From NCBI GenBank assembly GCA_937966555.1, contig CALCLY010000036.1:122116-186115 (forward strand): a stretch of DNA of 64,000 nt, in the 5' to 3' direction. Numbering within the stretch: the first letter of the stretch is position 1; each line of letters opens with the position of its first letter. Source of the stretch: an uncultured Clostridia bacterium. Its GTDB lineage: Bacteria; Bacillota; Clostridia; UMGS1883; UMGS1540. Position numbers and translations under genes: made by a program. Below are positions 9,198-18,085 of this stretch, in pieces. The notes below the pieces were generated by a model. The model worked only from the letters and a program-made list of their open reading frames with translations, searched no databases and was not told the origin of the DNA.

Positions 9198-10205
9198 TTA
9201 TTTTTGTATCATCTGAGCCTGTACGCATGTGATTGCAACAACGCCTGCGATATCATCGGCGTTACAGCCTCTTGAAAGGTCGTTTACGGGAGCTGCTATA
9301 CCCTGGAGAACAGGACCGTATGCCTCAGCCTTTGCAAGACGCTGAACAAGCTTGTAGCCTATGTTGCCGGCATCAAGATTCGGGAATATAAGAACGTTTG
9401 CATGACCTGCAATAGCACTATCGGGAGCTTTTGCTTTGCCTATCTCGGGAACGATTGCAGCGTCAAGCTGAAGCTCGCCGTCAAGCTTTAATTCAGGAGC
9501 TTTTTCTTTTGCAAGACGTGTAGCTTCAACAACTTTTTCAACAAGCGTATGCTTTGCGGAACCGTAGCTTGAGTGAGAAAGCATTGCAACTTTCGGTTCT
9601 GCACCGAAAAGGTTCTTGAAGGACTGAGCCGAGGAAATTGCAATTTCAGAAAGCTCGTCTGCTGTGGGATCCTGGTTAAGACCGCAGTCGGCGAATACAA
9701 ATGCGCCGTTTTCGCCGTATTCGCAGTCCGGAACTATCATGGCAAAAAATGCCGATACAAGCTTTGTGCCGGGAGCTGTTTTGAGAATTTGAAGTGCGGG
9801 GCGCAAAACATTTGCCGTGGCGTTTATAGCACCTGCAACCATGCCGTCAGCGTCGCCGGACTTAACCATCATTGTGCCGAAATAAAGAACATTGTCAAGA
9901 GTTTCCAAAGCCTTTTCGGGCGTCATGCCTTTTGCTTTGCGAAGCTCATAAAACTTATCGGCATAAGCGGCTTTGTCGGGCGAAGTTTTGGGATTTATAA
10001 GCTTTGCGGCGCTGATATCAAGATTTTCACTTTCAGCCATTTTTTTGATTTCGGATTCATCACCCAAAATGATAATGTTGGCTATTTCATCTTTCAAAAC
10101 TTTTGCCGCAGCGCGGATTGTACGCATATCACTGCCTTCGGCAAGAACAACGGTTTTCTTGTCGCTCTTGGCTTTTGCAATGATTCCGTCCATAAATTTA
10201 CTCAT
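9198..10205 (-). CDS. pta: Phosphate acetyltransferase (phosphotransacetylase).
   Basis: 335 aa, Pta-like throughout, immediately upstream of and co-directional with ackA. Confidence 0.9.
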   Translation of the reverse strand: MSKFMDGIIAKAKSDKKTVVLAEGSDMRTIRAAAKVLKDEIANIIILGDESEIKKMAESENLDISAAKLINPKTSPDKAAYADKFYELRKAKGMTPEKALETLDNVLYFGTMMVKSGDADGMVAGAINATANVLRPALQILKTAPGTKLVSAFFAMIVPDCEYGENGAFVFADCGLNQDPTADELSEIAISSAQSFKNLFGAEPKVAMLSHSSYGSAKHTLVEKVVEATRLAKEKAPELKLDGELQLDAAIVPEIGKAKAPDSAIAGHANVLIFPNLDAGNIGYKLVQRLAKAEAYGPVLQGIAAPVNDLSRGCNADDIAGVVAITCVQAQMIQK

Positions 10206-10246
10206 ATAAAATCATCTCCAAATATTTATTTTGCTTTAACAGTATA

Positions 10247-10275
10247 ATTATACAACACTTGTTTGCAAAATTCAA
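10247..10275 (-). promoter_or_regulatory. Sigma-A-type promoter for pta-ackA on the minus strand (TTGAAT-N17-TATAAT).
   Basis: The reverse complement of 10270-10275 is ttgaat and of 10247-10252 is tataat, with a 17-nt spacer. Confidence 0.5.
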
Positions 10276-10332
10276 GAGAAAAATGCATAATATGTCAAAA
10301 AATAAATTATTTTTTTATTTTTCAAAAAGGGG

Positions 10333-10361
10333 TTGACATAGCTTTGAGTATAGTGTAGAAT
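10333..10361 (+). promoter_or_regulatory. Sigma-A-type promoter for the ABC transporter operon (TTGACA-N17-TAGAAT).
   Basis: ttgaca at 10333-10338 and tagaat at 10356-10361. The RBS GGAGGA precedes the ATG at 10394. Confidence 0.6.
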
Positions 10362-10393
10362 GTGGTTTAAGTAATATATAGGAGGAAAAATTT

Positions 10394-12652
10394 ATGGACG
10401 ACGTACCCCTTATATCAAACAAAAAAGTAAATGAAAAGGTGCTATCTTCCGCATCACGTATTATGAACGGCAAAAAACCTCTTTTTGCCGTTGTGGGCGA
10501 TCTCAGCCGCAACGCAAAATATTCCGAAAGCTGTCTGCTTTTCTTTGAAAGCGGATTACTTTTGTTTGAAAATAGCGAGAGCGATGGGAGAGCCTTTTAT
10601 TATTCGGAAATTACGGATATTTATACCAAACGTATGTACGGGAATGCATGTATTTTTATCTCAACCGAAAGCGAAAAGGATATGCTTTTGTTCAGATATA
10701 CTTATTCGCTTGCCGCCATTTGTGACGCTGCGGTAAATTTTGCGGACAGAGTGTGCAGCGGTGTGAATATTAAAGAAGAACTTGCGGTGGTTGAGGCTAC
10801 ATACGAAAAAGCTTTGAGTGTCTGCCCCAAATGCGGCAGAAATCTTATTCGCCCGGGTGCGGAGTGCATAATGTGCCGCTCGAAAAAGAAGATTGCCGGA
10901 AAGCTTTTAGAATATATTGCGCCGCAGAAATATGTGCTGATTTTTTGCAGCATACTGTCTCTTATAACAACGGCAATGTCGCTTTTGCCGCCTTATGTTA
11001 CGAAAATAATGGTTGACAAAATAATTCCGTCGGGAAACGAAAAAATGCTTGCGGCGGTTATCGGGGCGCTGCTTCTGTCATATATTATTCAGTACGGCAT
11101 AGGCATAATACGCAGCTATTATATGCGTGCCGCGGGTGACAAAACCGTGGAACTTCTGCGAAACGATATATACAGAAAAGCACAGTATCTGCCCATGAAG
11201 TTTTACGACAAAACGTCAACGGGTTCGGTTATAAACAGAATTGCGAGCGATTCGGCAACGCTTCAGCAATTTATGCTGAGGATAACGCAGGAGGTTGTCG
11301 TTCAGTTTTTCCTGCTTATAGGCATTGTGGTTATAATGTTTGTTTTAAACTGGAAGCTTACGCTGCTTTCGCTTCTCCCCGTACCGTTCGTTGTTATAGG
11401 TTCAAAAATTTTCGGCAAGAAAATTGCGCCGTATTACAAAAGAATCTGGAGAAGATGGTCTGCCGTTACATCTATTTTGGCGGATTCAATTCCGTGCGTG
11501 AGAATAATAAAGTCTTTTGCCGGAGAGGACAGAGCCGTTAAAAAATTTGAAAAATACAATAAAGAGTGGCTCGGGGTTGACTTAAAATCCGCAAAAATTT
11601 CAACCGCTTTTCCAAACATTGTTTCATTTATTATTACTTGCGGCTCGCTTGCAATATGGGCAATAGGCGGCGGAAGTGCCATAAGAAATCCTAATGGTGC
11701 GGTGTCGGTTGGTATGCTTGTGTCATTTATCTCATATACTACCATGTTTTACGGCCCTGTAAACTTTTTTGCAAATCTTAACGATTCTTATCAGAGTGCG
11801 CTTTCTTCAACGGAAAGAATACTTGATATATTGGAAGCGGAGCCCGAAAACGATGTTTCGGAGGGGTTGAAACCGCCGATGCTCCGCGGGAAAATAGAAT
11901 TTAAAAACGTTAATTTTTCGTTTGACAGAACCAAAAAGGTTCTAAACGATATAAATCTCACAATAGAGCCCGGAGATATTGTCGGAATAGTGGGTACAAC
12001 GGGTTCGGGCAAATCCACCCTTATAAACCTTCTTATGAGATTTTATGATAATTATGAAGGAGATATTTTGGTAGACGGTCAGAATATAAAGAATTTTGAC
12101 ATAGGAGCGTACCGCGCAAAAATCGGATACGTTCAGCAGGAACCGATGATGTTCAGCGATACGATATTCAATAATATTTCTTACGGCGTTCCGGAAGCTT
12201 CAGTTGAAGAAGTGATTCACGCGGCAGATGTTGCCAATGCACACGGATTCATAGCACGCCTCCCCGATGCGTACGATACGGTTTTGGGGGAGAGGGGAGT
12301 GGGCGTCTCCGGCGGTGAAAAGCAGAGACTTTCAATTGCACGTGCCGTTCTTAAAAATCCGAGTATAATGATATTTGACGAGGCGACCGCTGCTGTGGAT
12401 TCCGAAACCGAGAATCTTATACAGCAGGCGATTGACAAGCTTATAAGCGGCAGAACAACACTCATGATAGCACACAGACTTTCAACTTTGCGCAAGGCTA
12501 ACAAAATTGTGGTTGTTGATAAAGGCAAAATAATAGAATTCGGCTCGCCCGAAGAGCTTATGGCGCTCAAAGGCAAATACTATAAGCTTATAAAAATACA
12601 ATCCATGTCCGATGAAGTTAACAGAGAAAGGCAGGCGGAAAATTTTGAGTAG
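10394..12652 (+). CDS. ABC exporter with fused permease and ATPase. It carries an unusual ~170-aa N-terminal cytoplasmic extension (a PH-like segment plus a CxxC...CxxC zinc ribbon).
   Basis: 752 aa. Six TM helices, Walker A GTTGSGKST, the ABC signature LSGGEKQRLSIARA and Walker B IMIFDEATAAVD are present. Upstream of the first TM helix is the motif CPKCGRNLIRPGAECIMCRS. Confidence 0.8.
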   Translation: MDDVPLISNKKVNEKVLSSASRIMNGKKPLFAVVGDLSRNAKYSESCLLFFESGLLLFENSESDGRAFYYSEITDIYTKRMYGNACIFISTESEKDMLLFRYTYSLAAICDAAVNFADRVCSGVNIKEELAVVEATYEKALSVCPKCGRNLIRPGAECIMCRSKKKIAGKLLEYIAPQKYVLIFCSILSLITTAMSLLPPYVTKIMVDKIIPSGNEKMLAAVIGALLLSYIIQYGIGIIRSYYMRAAGDKTVELLRNDIYRKAQYLPMKFYDKTSTGSVINRIASDSATLQQFMLRITQEVVVQFFLLIGIVVIMFVLNWKLTLLSLLPVPFVVIGSKIFGKKIAPYYKRIWRRWSAVTSILADSIPCVRIIKSFAGEDRAVKKFEKYNKEWLGVDLKSAKISTAFPNIVSFIITCGSLAIWAIGGGSAIRNPNGAVSVGMLVSFISYTTMFYGPVNFFANLNDSYQSALSSTERILDILEAEPENDVSEGLKPPMLRGKIEFKNVNFSFDRTKKVLNDINLTIEPGDIVGIVGTTGSGKSTLINLLMRFYDNYEGDILVDGQNIKNFDIGAYRAKIGYVQQEPMMFSDTIFNNISYGVPEASVEEVIHAADVANAHGFIARLPDAYDTVLGERGVGVSGGEKQRLSIARAVLKNPSIMIFDEATAAVDSETENLIQQAIDKLISGRTTLMIAHRLSTLRKANKIVVVDKGKIIEFGSPEELMALKGKYYKLIKIQSMSDEVNRERQAENFE

Positions 12653-13133
12653 AATATACATAAACAGCGATGAAGTCCGTTTTACAAAGAACGGTTTAAA
12701 CCATGTTGATGCGGAATTCTATGACGGAACACGCATGTATGACCTTGAACCGCGCAGACTTTTTCCCGTCAGCGGACTTGACAAATATATCACTTTACTC
12801 GATGAAAACGGAGACGAAAAAGCGGTTATCAGAAATGTTTCGCACTTAATGCCGGAGTCACGCGATGTAATTAACGATTGCCTGCGCGAATATTATCTTA
12901 TACCAAAAATCACAAGACTTCTTGACAGCGACGAAAAATATGGTATAATAAAATGGAAGGTCGAAACAGACAGAGGCATTAAAGCTTTTGATATCAGAAA
13001 CAGACACCACGATATAAAGGTGTTGTTTGACGGACGTGTGCTTGTGAGGGACAGCAATGATAACAGATATGAAATTCCCGATTATAAAAAGCTTGACAAG
13101 CACAGCAGAAAACTTCTGATTTCGGAGCTTTGA
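12612..13133 (+). CDS. DUF1854-like protein that commonly partners with this type of ABC exporter.
   Basis: 173 aa. The annotated ATG overlaps the ABC gene by 41 nt, so the true start may be TTG near 12643. Confidence 0.55.
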   Translation: MKLTEKGRRKILSRIYINSDEVRFTKNGLNHVDAEFYDGTRMYDLEPRRLFPVSGLDKYITLLDENGDEKAVIRNVSHLMPESRDVINDCLREYYLIPKITRLLDSDEKYGIIKWKVETDRGIKAFDIRNRHHDIKVLFDGRVLVRDSNDNRYEIPDYKKLDKHSRKLLISEL

Positions 13134-13189
13134 TAAATGTCGCAGGGCTCGTGCGATGAAAAGAATTACAGAGCAGAAAGGGTTTTTAA

Positions 13190-13516
13190 ATGAAACTTGT
13201 ATTGGCAATTGTAAGTAACGATGATACCGGGGCGGTTGTTCCTGAACTTATTAAAGAAGGATATTCGGTTACCACGCTTTCAACCACAGGCGGGTTTTTG
13301 AGAGTGGGAAATACAACGCTTTTGGTTGTGACTGAAGATGAAAAGGTAACTCAGCTTCGCGATCTTTTTGCTAAATATTGCTCGTCAAGAAAAAAGGTAA
13401 ACCCCTCAACATCTTCTTTTGGAAAGAATATGCTGTCGGACAGTCCGGCTGAGGAAGTTTCCGTAGGCGGCGCAACATTTTTTGTTTTAAATGTTGATAA
13501 AATGGAAAAATTCTGA
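13190..13516 (+). CDS. darA: Cyclic-di-AMP receptor DarA (YaaQ family, PII-like).
   Basis: 108 aa. MKLVLAIVSNDD...TTGGFLRVGNTTLLVV...VGGATFFVL matches the YaaQ/DarA pattern. Confidence 0.65.
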   Translation: MKLVLAIVSNDDTGAVVPELIKEGYSVTTLSTTGGFLRVGNTTLLVVTEDEKVTQLRDLFAKYCSSRKKVNPSTSSFGKNMLSDSPAEEVSVGGATFFVLNVDKMEKF

Positions 13517-13533
13517 TTTTTTCAAAAAAACAA

Positions 13534-13562
13534 TTGACTTAATTTGTTTTTTGTGATAAAAT
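13534..13562 (+). promoter_or_regulatory. Sigma-A-type promoter for tadA (TTGACT-N17-TAAAAT).
   Basis: ttgact at 13534-13539 and taaaat at 13557-13562. This implies the tadA start is the downstream ATG at 13592. Confidence 0.45.
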
Positions 13563-13591
13563 ATAAGGCAGTGATTTTGTTGAATCAGTTT

Positions 13592-14017
13592 ATGAAACTT
13601 GCAATTGAAGAAGCGCGGATTGCCATGTGCGGGGGAGAGGTTCCTGTAGGCGCGGTGGTTACGAAAAACGGCGTTGTTGTGGCAAAAGCGCATAATTTGG
13701 TTGAAAAGCTTCATGATTCCACCGCACATGCAGAGATTCTTGCCATACGCAAGGCGGGAGAGGCATTGGGCAATTGGAGACTTACTGAATGCAGTTTGTA
13801 TGTCACGCTTGAGCCTTGTGCGATGTGTGCAGCGGCACTGTTGCGCGCCCGAATCGCTGCCCTTTATTTCGGCTCTTTTGACAGTGAGTTCGGAGCAGTG
13901 GAAAGCAACAGGCTGATTGTTAATCCGCGTTTGTCTGTGTATTGCGGCATAGAAGAGGATGAATGCAATAAAATCATCAGATGTTTTTTTGATAAAAAAC
14001 GTTTGAAATGCGAATAA
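13592..14017 (+). CDS. tadA: tRNA-specific adenosine(34) deaminase.
   Basis: It has the CMP/dCMP deaminase zinc motifs HAEILAI and LEPCAMC. The start is trimmed from the ORF-track position 13544 to MKLAIEEAR because of the promoter position. Confidence 0.85.
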   Translation: MKLAIEEARIAMCGGEVPVGAVVTKNGVVVAKAHNLVEKLHDSTAHAEILAIRKAGEALGNWRLTECSLYVTLEPCAMCAAALLRARIAALYFGSFDSEFGAVESNRLIVNPRLSVYCGIEEDECNKIIRCFFDKKRLKCE

Positions 14018-14109
14018 GGACGGGTATCGAAGTGGTCATAACGGGGCTGACTCGAAATCAGTTTGTCGGTAATACCGGCACGTGGGTTCGAATCCCACCC
14101 CGTCCGCCA
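14018..14109 (+). tRNA. tRNA-Ser (anticodon CGA).
   Basis: 92 nt. The acceptor stem is GGACGGG/CCCGTCC with discriminator G and an encoded CCA. The anticodon loop is CTCGAAA, a long variable arm is present, and the T-arm is GGTTCGAATCC. Confidence 0.85.
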
Positions 14110-14112
14110 ATT

Positions 14113-14160
14113 ATGCGGGTTTGCTTAACTTTTGCGAACCCGCATTTACTTTATGTTTTT
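14113..14160 (+). terminator. Rho-independent terminator after the tRNA.
   Basis: Stem atgcgggtt/aacccgcat followed by a T-rich tract. Confidence 0.5.
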
Positions 14161-14372
14161 TGCCCAATTTTGCCTTAAACCTCACCATTATTCGTTACCG
14201 TACAGTAATTCAAGCGGCTTGAAATACGGTATAATTATACTGCACACATTGTCGCGATAGCCGCTGTATGTAGTAAGCTGAATACTCGGTTTGACGCGTT
14301 CAAGCCATTGCTGCATTTATCGAATACCTTGCCGAGGGAACAGATAAAGCTCTTGCGGAATTTACGGCGTTT

Positions 14373-15005
14373 ATGGGCAGTGATTTTGCAGCGCCTCAAA
14401 AAGATTCGGCGCATTATATGATGAATTTTATCAATGCTATGACGGCAAGTATTGAGCAGAAAAAAGCTGAAATCAAGTTTTATATAAATGATATTATGAA
14501 AGATAAAAACGGTTCCCTTAATCAGCGTTTTGTAAACTGCGGAAAAGAGAGCAAACTGTTTGATTTTCAATTTGATTCGCATTTTGATTTTGAAAACGAT
14601 GTAATTATCTATCCTCTCGAAACTATGGATGATGTAATTCGCTTTGATATTATGCAGATGCTTGCAAATAAGATTAAATTCAAGCCGTGCAAATGCTGCG
14701 GTCATTATTTTGTGCCCGGCGGGCGCACGAACAGCGAATACTGCGACAGAATTATGCCCGGCGAAACAAGACCTTGCAATGAGTTCGGCGCACTTAAAAC
14801 ATTTGATATCACTCATAAAAACGACGATATTCATAAAGCCTATATCACCGCTTACCGCCGTATGGACTCACGCCAGCGCGCAAAGCTCATCACTAAAGAT
14901 GAATTCAAGCAGTTCGGCAAAATTGCCCGTGCCGAGCGTAAAAAATGCTATAACGGCGAAATAACTCTTGATCAGTTCAAAACTTGGCTTGATGATTTTA
15001 GATAA
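14373..15005 (+). CDS. N-terminally truncated homologue (210 aa versus 407 aa) of the mobile-element protein at 1525..2748. It is probably a remnant of an element once integrated at the tRNA.
   Basis: It shares the C-terminal Cys-motif architecture, and there is an in-frame stop at 14292-14294 upstream with no earlier start. It is 264 bp downstream of the tRNA-Ser 3' end. Confidence 0.45.
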   Translation: MGSDFAAPQKDSAHYMMNFINAMTASIEQKKAEIKFYINDIMKDKNGSLNQRFVNCGKESKLFDFQFDSHFDFENDVIIYPLETMDDVIRFDIMQMLANKIKFKPCKCCGHYFVPGGRTNSEYCDRIMPGETRPCNEFGALKTFDITHKNDDIHKAYITAYRRMDSRQRAKLITKDEFKQFGKIARAERKKCYNGEITLDQFKTWLDDFR

Positions 15006-15016
15006 ATGTATAGCGA

Positions 15017-15046
15017 AAGCAGCAGATTGCGGTCTGCTGCTTTTGT
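15017..15046. terminator. Bidirectional hairpin terminator between convergent genes.
   Basis: Stem agcagcag/ctgctgct with an 8-nt loop and a flanking T-run. Confidence 0.5.
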
Positions 15047-15049
15047 GGA

Positions 15050-18000
15050 TTATACTCTGTTTGAAGTTCTATATGTTTCCTGTGCCAATGTAGCCATAAC
15101 CGTATCATAAAAGCGTTTATCCTCAAACAATTTTGAAAACGCCTTCATCTGTTCCATATAACAGTCCTGCGCAACCTGTTTGAACACTTCGGGAAATATT
15201 GACTTTGTATAAACTTCCTCATCATTTTTCTGTGCCTGACGGTTTAGTTTCTTATTTTCCTTTGCTCTGTTGTAAAGTGTTTCAACAATAACTCTGTCAC
15301 CCTCCGAAAAAATACCGTCAAACCGTTCATTTATTTTGCTGATAATTTCTTCAAGCAAAGCATCTTCTTCGGACATAAATCCGGCCGTTTTTAATGACTT
15401 CGGATTTTCGAGTGTTTTTGTTGCTTCCGTCGGTGCTAAACTAATATCTCCGTGAAAATCCTCTTGAATTTTATAGTATTCAAGTTTCAGCTTATCCTCC
15501 AAATCAACATTGCGTGTGTCGCTGACCGGCGGCAGCATTTTTTCAAGGTACTGCGTATATGTGTATTCCTCCTGCAAAGACCTGTCAAACATCCTGCTTA
15601 TCTGCGTAATATATGAATACCACTTATTAAAATTTTTAACCGTTTTCTTGACCTCAAATCTATCTTCCTCACTCATCGCCTCATATCTTGCCACAACGGG
15701 TTTTAAAAGGCTTGTGAGCTTTCCCAAATCGCTGTCATTTTGGTCTTTTTTTAAAAATATCTTTAAAAATTCCTGTATATCATTTTCGTCATATATTCCT
15801 TTTTGACGGAGAAGCTGTCTTGTATCGTAAATCATATTGACATTGATTTCTTCATCAAGATATGTAGCCTCGTAGTACGGCTCAAAGGCTTTTTGTATGT
15901 CCTCTGCTGTGTTTACAAAATCCAGTACAAATGTATCTGTTTTGCCCGGACAGGTTCGGTTAAGCCTTGAAAGGGTCTGCACGGCTTTGACATCTTTCAG
16001 TTTTTTATCGACAAACATTGTGTGCAGCAACGGCTCGTCAAATCCTGTCTGATATTTTTCCGCAACAACAAGCATTGCATATTCGTCTTTATTAAATTCG
16101 GACGGCAGCTGACTTTCTTTTATGGTCGTTCCGTCCTTTCGCTTGTTCAAGCCTTCTTCGGTGTACTCAAATTCGCCGTCTTTCACAACGCCCGAAAAGG
16201 CAACAAGAATTTCAACATCATCATATCCGTGACTTTCAATATAGCGTTTCATCTCGTGATAATATCTTATTGCGTGAAGCCGCGACGCCGTTACAACCAT
16301 TGCTTTTGCTCTGCCGTTTATTTTATTTTTTGTAACGCTTCTGTATGTTTCAATAATAATGGCGGTTTTCTGTGCAATGTTGTGAGGGTGCAGTTCCTTG
16401 TACCTCAAAACAGCCTTTACTGCTTTGTTTGCCGGCACTTCGGGGTTGTCCGGCGTTTGTTTTGCAATGCGATAACAGGTTTTATAGTGCATAAAATTTT
16501 TCAGTACATCTAAAATAAAGCCCTCTTCAATAGCTTGTTTCATAGAATAAATATGAAACGGTCTGAAACCTTTGCCATTTTCTCTTGGTGTGCCGAATAT
16601 TTCAAGCGTTTTTTCTTTCGGCGTGGCGGTGAAGGCAAAAAACGAAAGGTTTTTGTGTTTCCCGTGCGACAGCATTTCGTCAACAAGCTTGTCCTCTTGG
16701 TCTTTCACCTCATCTTCCGCAATACCTTCAAGCTCGGCATATTCTTTTAATGCGTCCTCTGTGTCGGCAAGAGCAGTTTTCAATTTTGCGGCATTTTTCC
16801 CTGTCTGCGAATTGTGAGCCTCATCAACTATAACTGCAAACCGCCTGTCTGTTGTGTCATCAATTTCATTGTATATATACGGAAATTTCTGAATTGTTGT
16901 TATAATAATTTTCTTTCCGTTGTTTATAGCCGCTTTTAAATCTGCTGAATGTTTGTCATCATCAATTTTTTCGACAACGCCTTTTGTATGGTCGAATCCG
17001 TAAATTGTGTTCTGTGTTTGGCGGTCAAGTACAGTACGATCATTGACAACTATAACAGATGTGAATATAGGTTTGTTGTCCTTATCGTGCAGTTCGGTAA
17101 GCTGATAGGCAAGCCAAGCAATGGAATTGCTCTTGCCGGAGCCGGCGGAGTGCTGAATAAGGTAATTATGCCCCGAACCGTTGTCCTTAACATCTGCGAC
17201 CAGCTTTGATACAACATCTAACTGATGAAATCGCGGAAATATCAGTTTAACCGATTTCTTTTTGACTTCTTTTCCGTTTGAATAGACAATCTTTTCTTCC
17301 TCAACTCTCTGCAAAAACCTTTGAAGTATATTTAAAAGACTGTCCTTTGTCAAAACCTTTTCCCAAAGGTAGCTTGTGGCGTACCCGTTTTTGTTTTCGG
17401 GGTTTCCTTTGCCGCCGACATTTCCGGCGCCGTTTGAGCCTTGATTAAACGGCAGAAAAAATGTTTTTTCTCCGTCGAGCTTTGTTGTCATTGCAACTTC
17501 GTATAAATCAACGGCGAAATATACAAGAAAACGGTTGTCAAAGCGAAAACAAAACTCTTTCGGATTTCTGTCCGTCATAAATTGCTTTTTTGCATTTGCA
17601 ACGCTTTGTCCCGTTAATTGGTCTTTCAGCTCCAAAGCAACAACAGGTATTCCGTTTACGGACAGCACCATATCAATAGAATTTTCATTTTCGGTTGAAT
17701 ATTTAAACTGCCTTGTGCAGGTTACAATGTTTGAATTGTAATCGGCAAGAACGGAATCGTTGAGCGTTGTGTTTTCTTTGAAAGAGACAATTTTTATTTT
17801 TGCACCCCTATCTTCAAAGCCGTGCTTTAAAACATAGGTCAATCCGAACGTGTCAACACATTCCTGAAAACGCTTGTATAATCTCTTTTCAGCGTCTGCA
17901 CCATAATTTCTTTCGTACTTTTGCCACTCTTTCGGCTGCGTTGCCTTTATGTATTGTATCAGTTTTGGCAGGTCAATGGAAGTTTCCCGGTTATATGTCG

Positions 18001-18082
18001 ATAAATCGCCCTTTGTATATCCGCCGCAGTTTAACATATAGCTTTCTATGTCCTGCTCAAAGCGTTTTTCTTTTATATTCAT
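15050..18082 (-). CDS. hsdR: Type I restriction enzyme R subunit.
   Basis: 1010 aa with an N-terminal HsdR nuclease region, helicase motifs including DEAH (AVIVDEAHNSQTG), and a C-terminal HsdR domain. Confidence 0.9.
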   Translation of the reverse strand: MNIKEKRFEQDIESYMLNCGGYTKGDLSTYNRETSIDLPKLIQYIKATQPKEWQKYERNYGADAEKRLYKRFQECVDTFGLTYVLKHGFEDRGAKIKIVSFKENTTLNDSVLADYNSNIVTCTRQFKYSTENENSIDMVLSVNGIPVVALELKDQLTGQSVANAKKQFMTDRNPKEFCFRFDNRFLVYFAVDLYEVAMTTKLDGEKTFFLPFNQGSNGAGNVGGKGNPENKNGYATSYLWEKVLTKDSLLNILQRFLQRVEEEKIVYSNGKEVKKKSVKLIFPRFHQLDVVSKLVADVKDNGSGHNYLIQHSAGSGKSNSIAWLAYQLTELHDKDNKPIFTSVIVVNDRTVLDRQTQNTIYGFDHTKGVVEKIDDDKHSADLKAAINNGKKIIITTIQKFPYIYNEIDDTTDRRFAVIVDEAHNSQTGKNAAKLKTALADTEDALKEYAELEGIAEDEVKDQEDKLVDEMLSHGKHKNLSFFAFTATPKEKTLEIFGTPRENGKGFRPFHIYSMKQAIEEGFILDVLKNFMHYKTCYRIAKQTPDNPEVPANKAVKAVLRYKELHPHNIAQKTAIIIETYRSVTKNKINGRAKAMVVTASRLHAIRYYHEMKRYIESHGYDDVEILVAFSGVVKDGEFEYTEEGLNKRKDGTTIKESQLPSEFNKDEYAMLVVAEKYQTGFDEPLLHTMFVDKKLKDVKAVQTLSRLNRTCPGKTDTFVLDFVNTAEDIQKAFEPYYEATYLDEEINVNMIYDTRQLLRQKGIYDENDIQEFLKIFLKKDQNDSDLGKLTSLLKPVVARYEAMSEEDRFEVKKTVKNFNKWYSYITQISRMFDRSLQEEYTYTQYLEKMLPPVSDTRNVDLEDKLKLEYYKIQEDFHGDISLAPTEATKTLENPKSLKTAGFMSEEDALLEEIISKINERFDGIFSEGDRVIVETLYNRAKENKKLNRQAQKNDEEVYTKSIFPEVFKQVAQDCYMEQMKAFSKLFEDKRFYDTVMATLAQETYRTSNRV

Positions 18083-18085
18083 AGG

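Noticed and set aside
9573-10247. 224-aa plus-strand ORF antisense to pta. Similar antisense ORFs occur at 8289..8501 and 8898..9275.
   Set aside because: They sit entirely within well-supported pta/ackA coding sequence on the other strand. The translations are low-complexity and Cys/Phe-rich with no RBS, typical of shadow ORFs.
14235-14834. 199-aa minus-strand ORF.
   Set aside because: It is antisense to the better-supported 14373..15005 gene. The translation is low-complexity with no RBS or domain.
15510-17741. Multiple 60-160-aa plus-strand ORFs inside hsdR. Similar ones occur inside hsdS/hsdM (18200..18442, 19913..20128, 20356..20589).
   Set aside because: They are antisense shadow ORFs within a confidently identified type I R-M operon.
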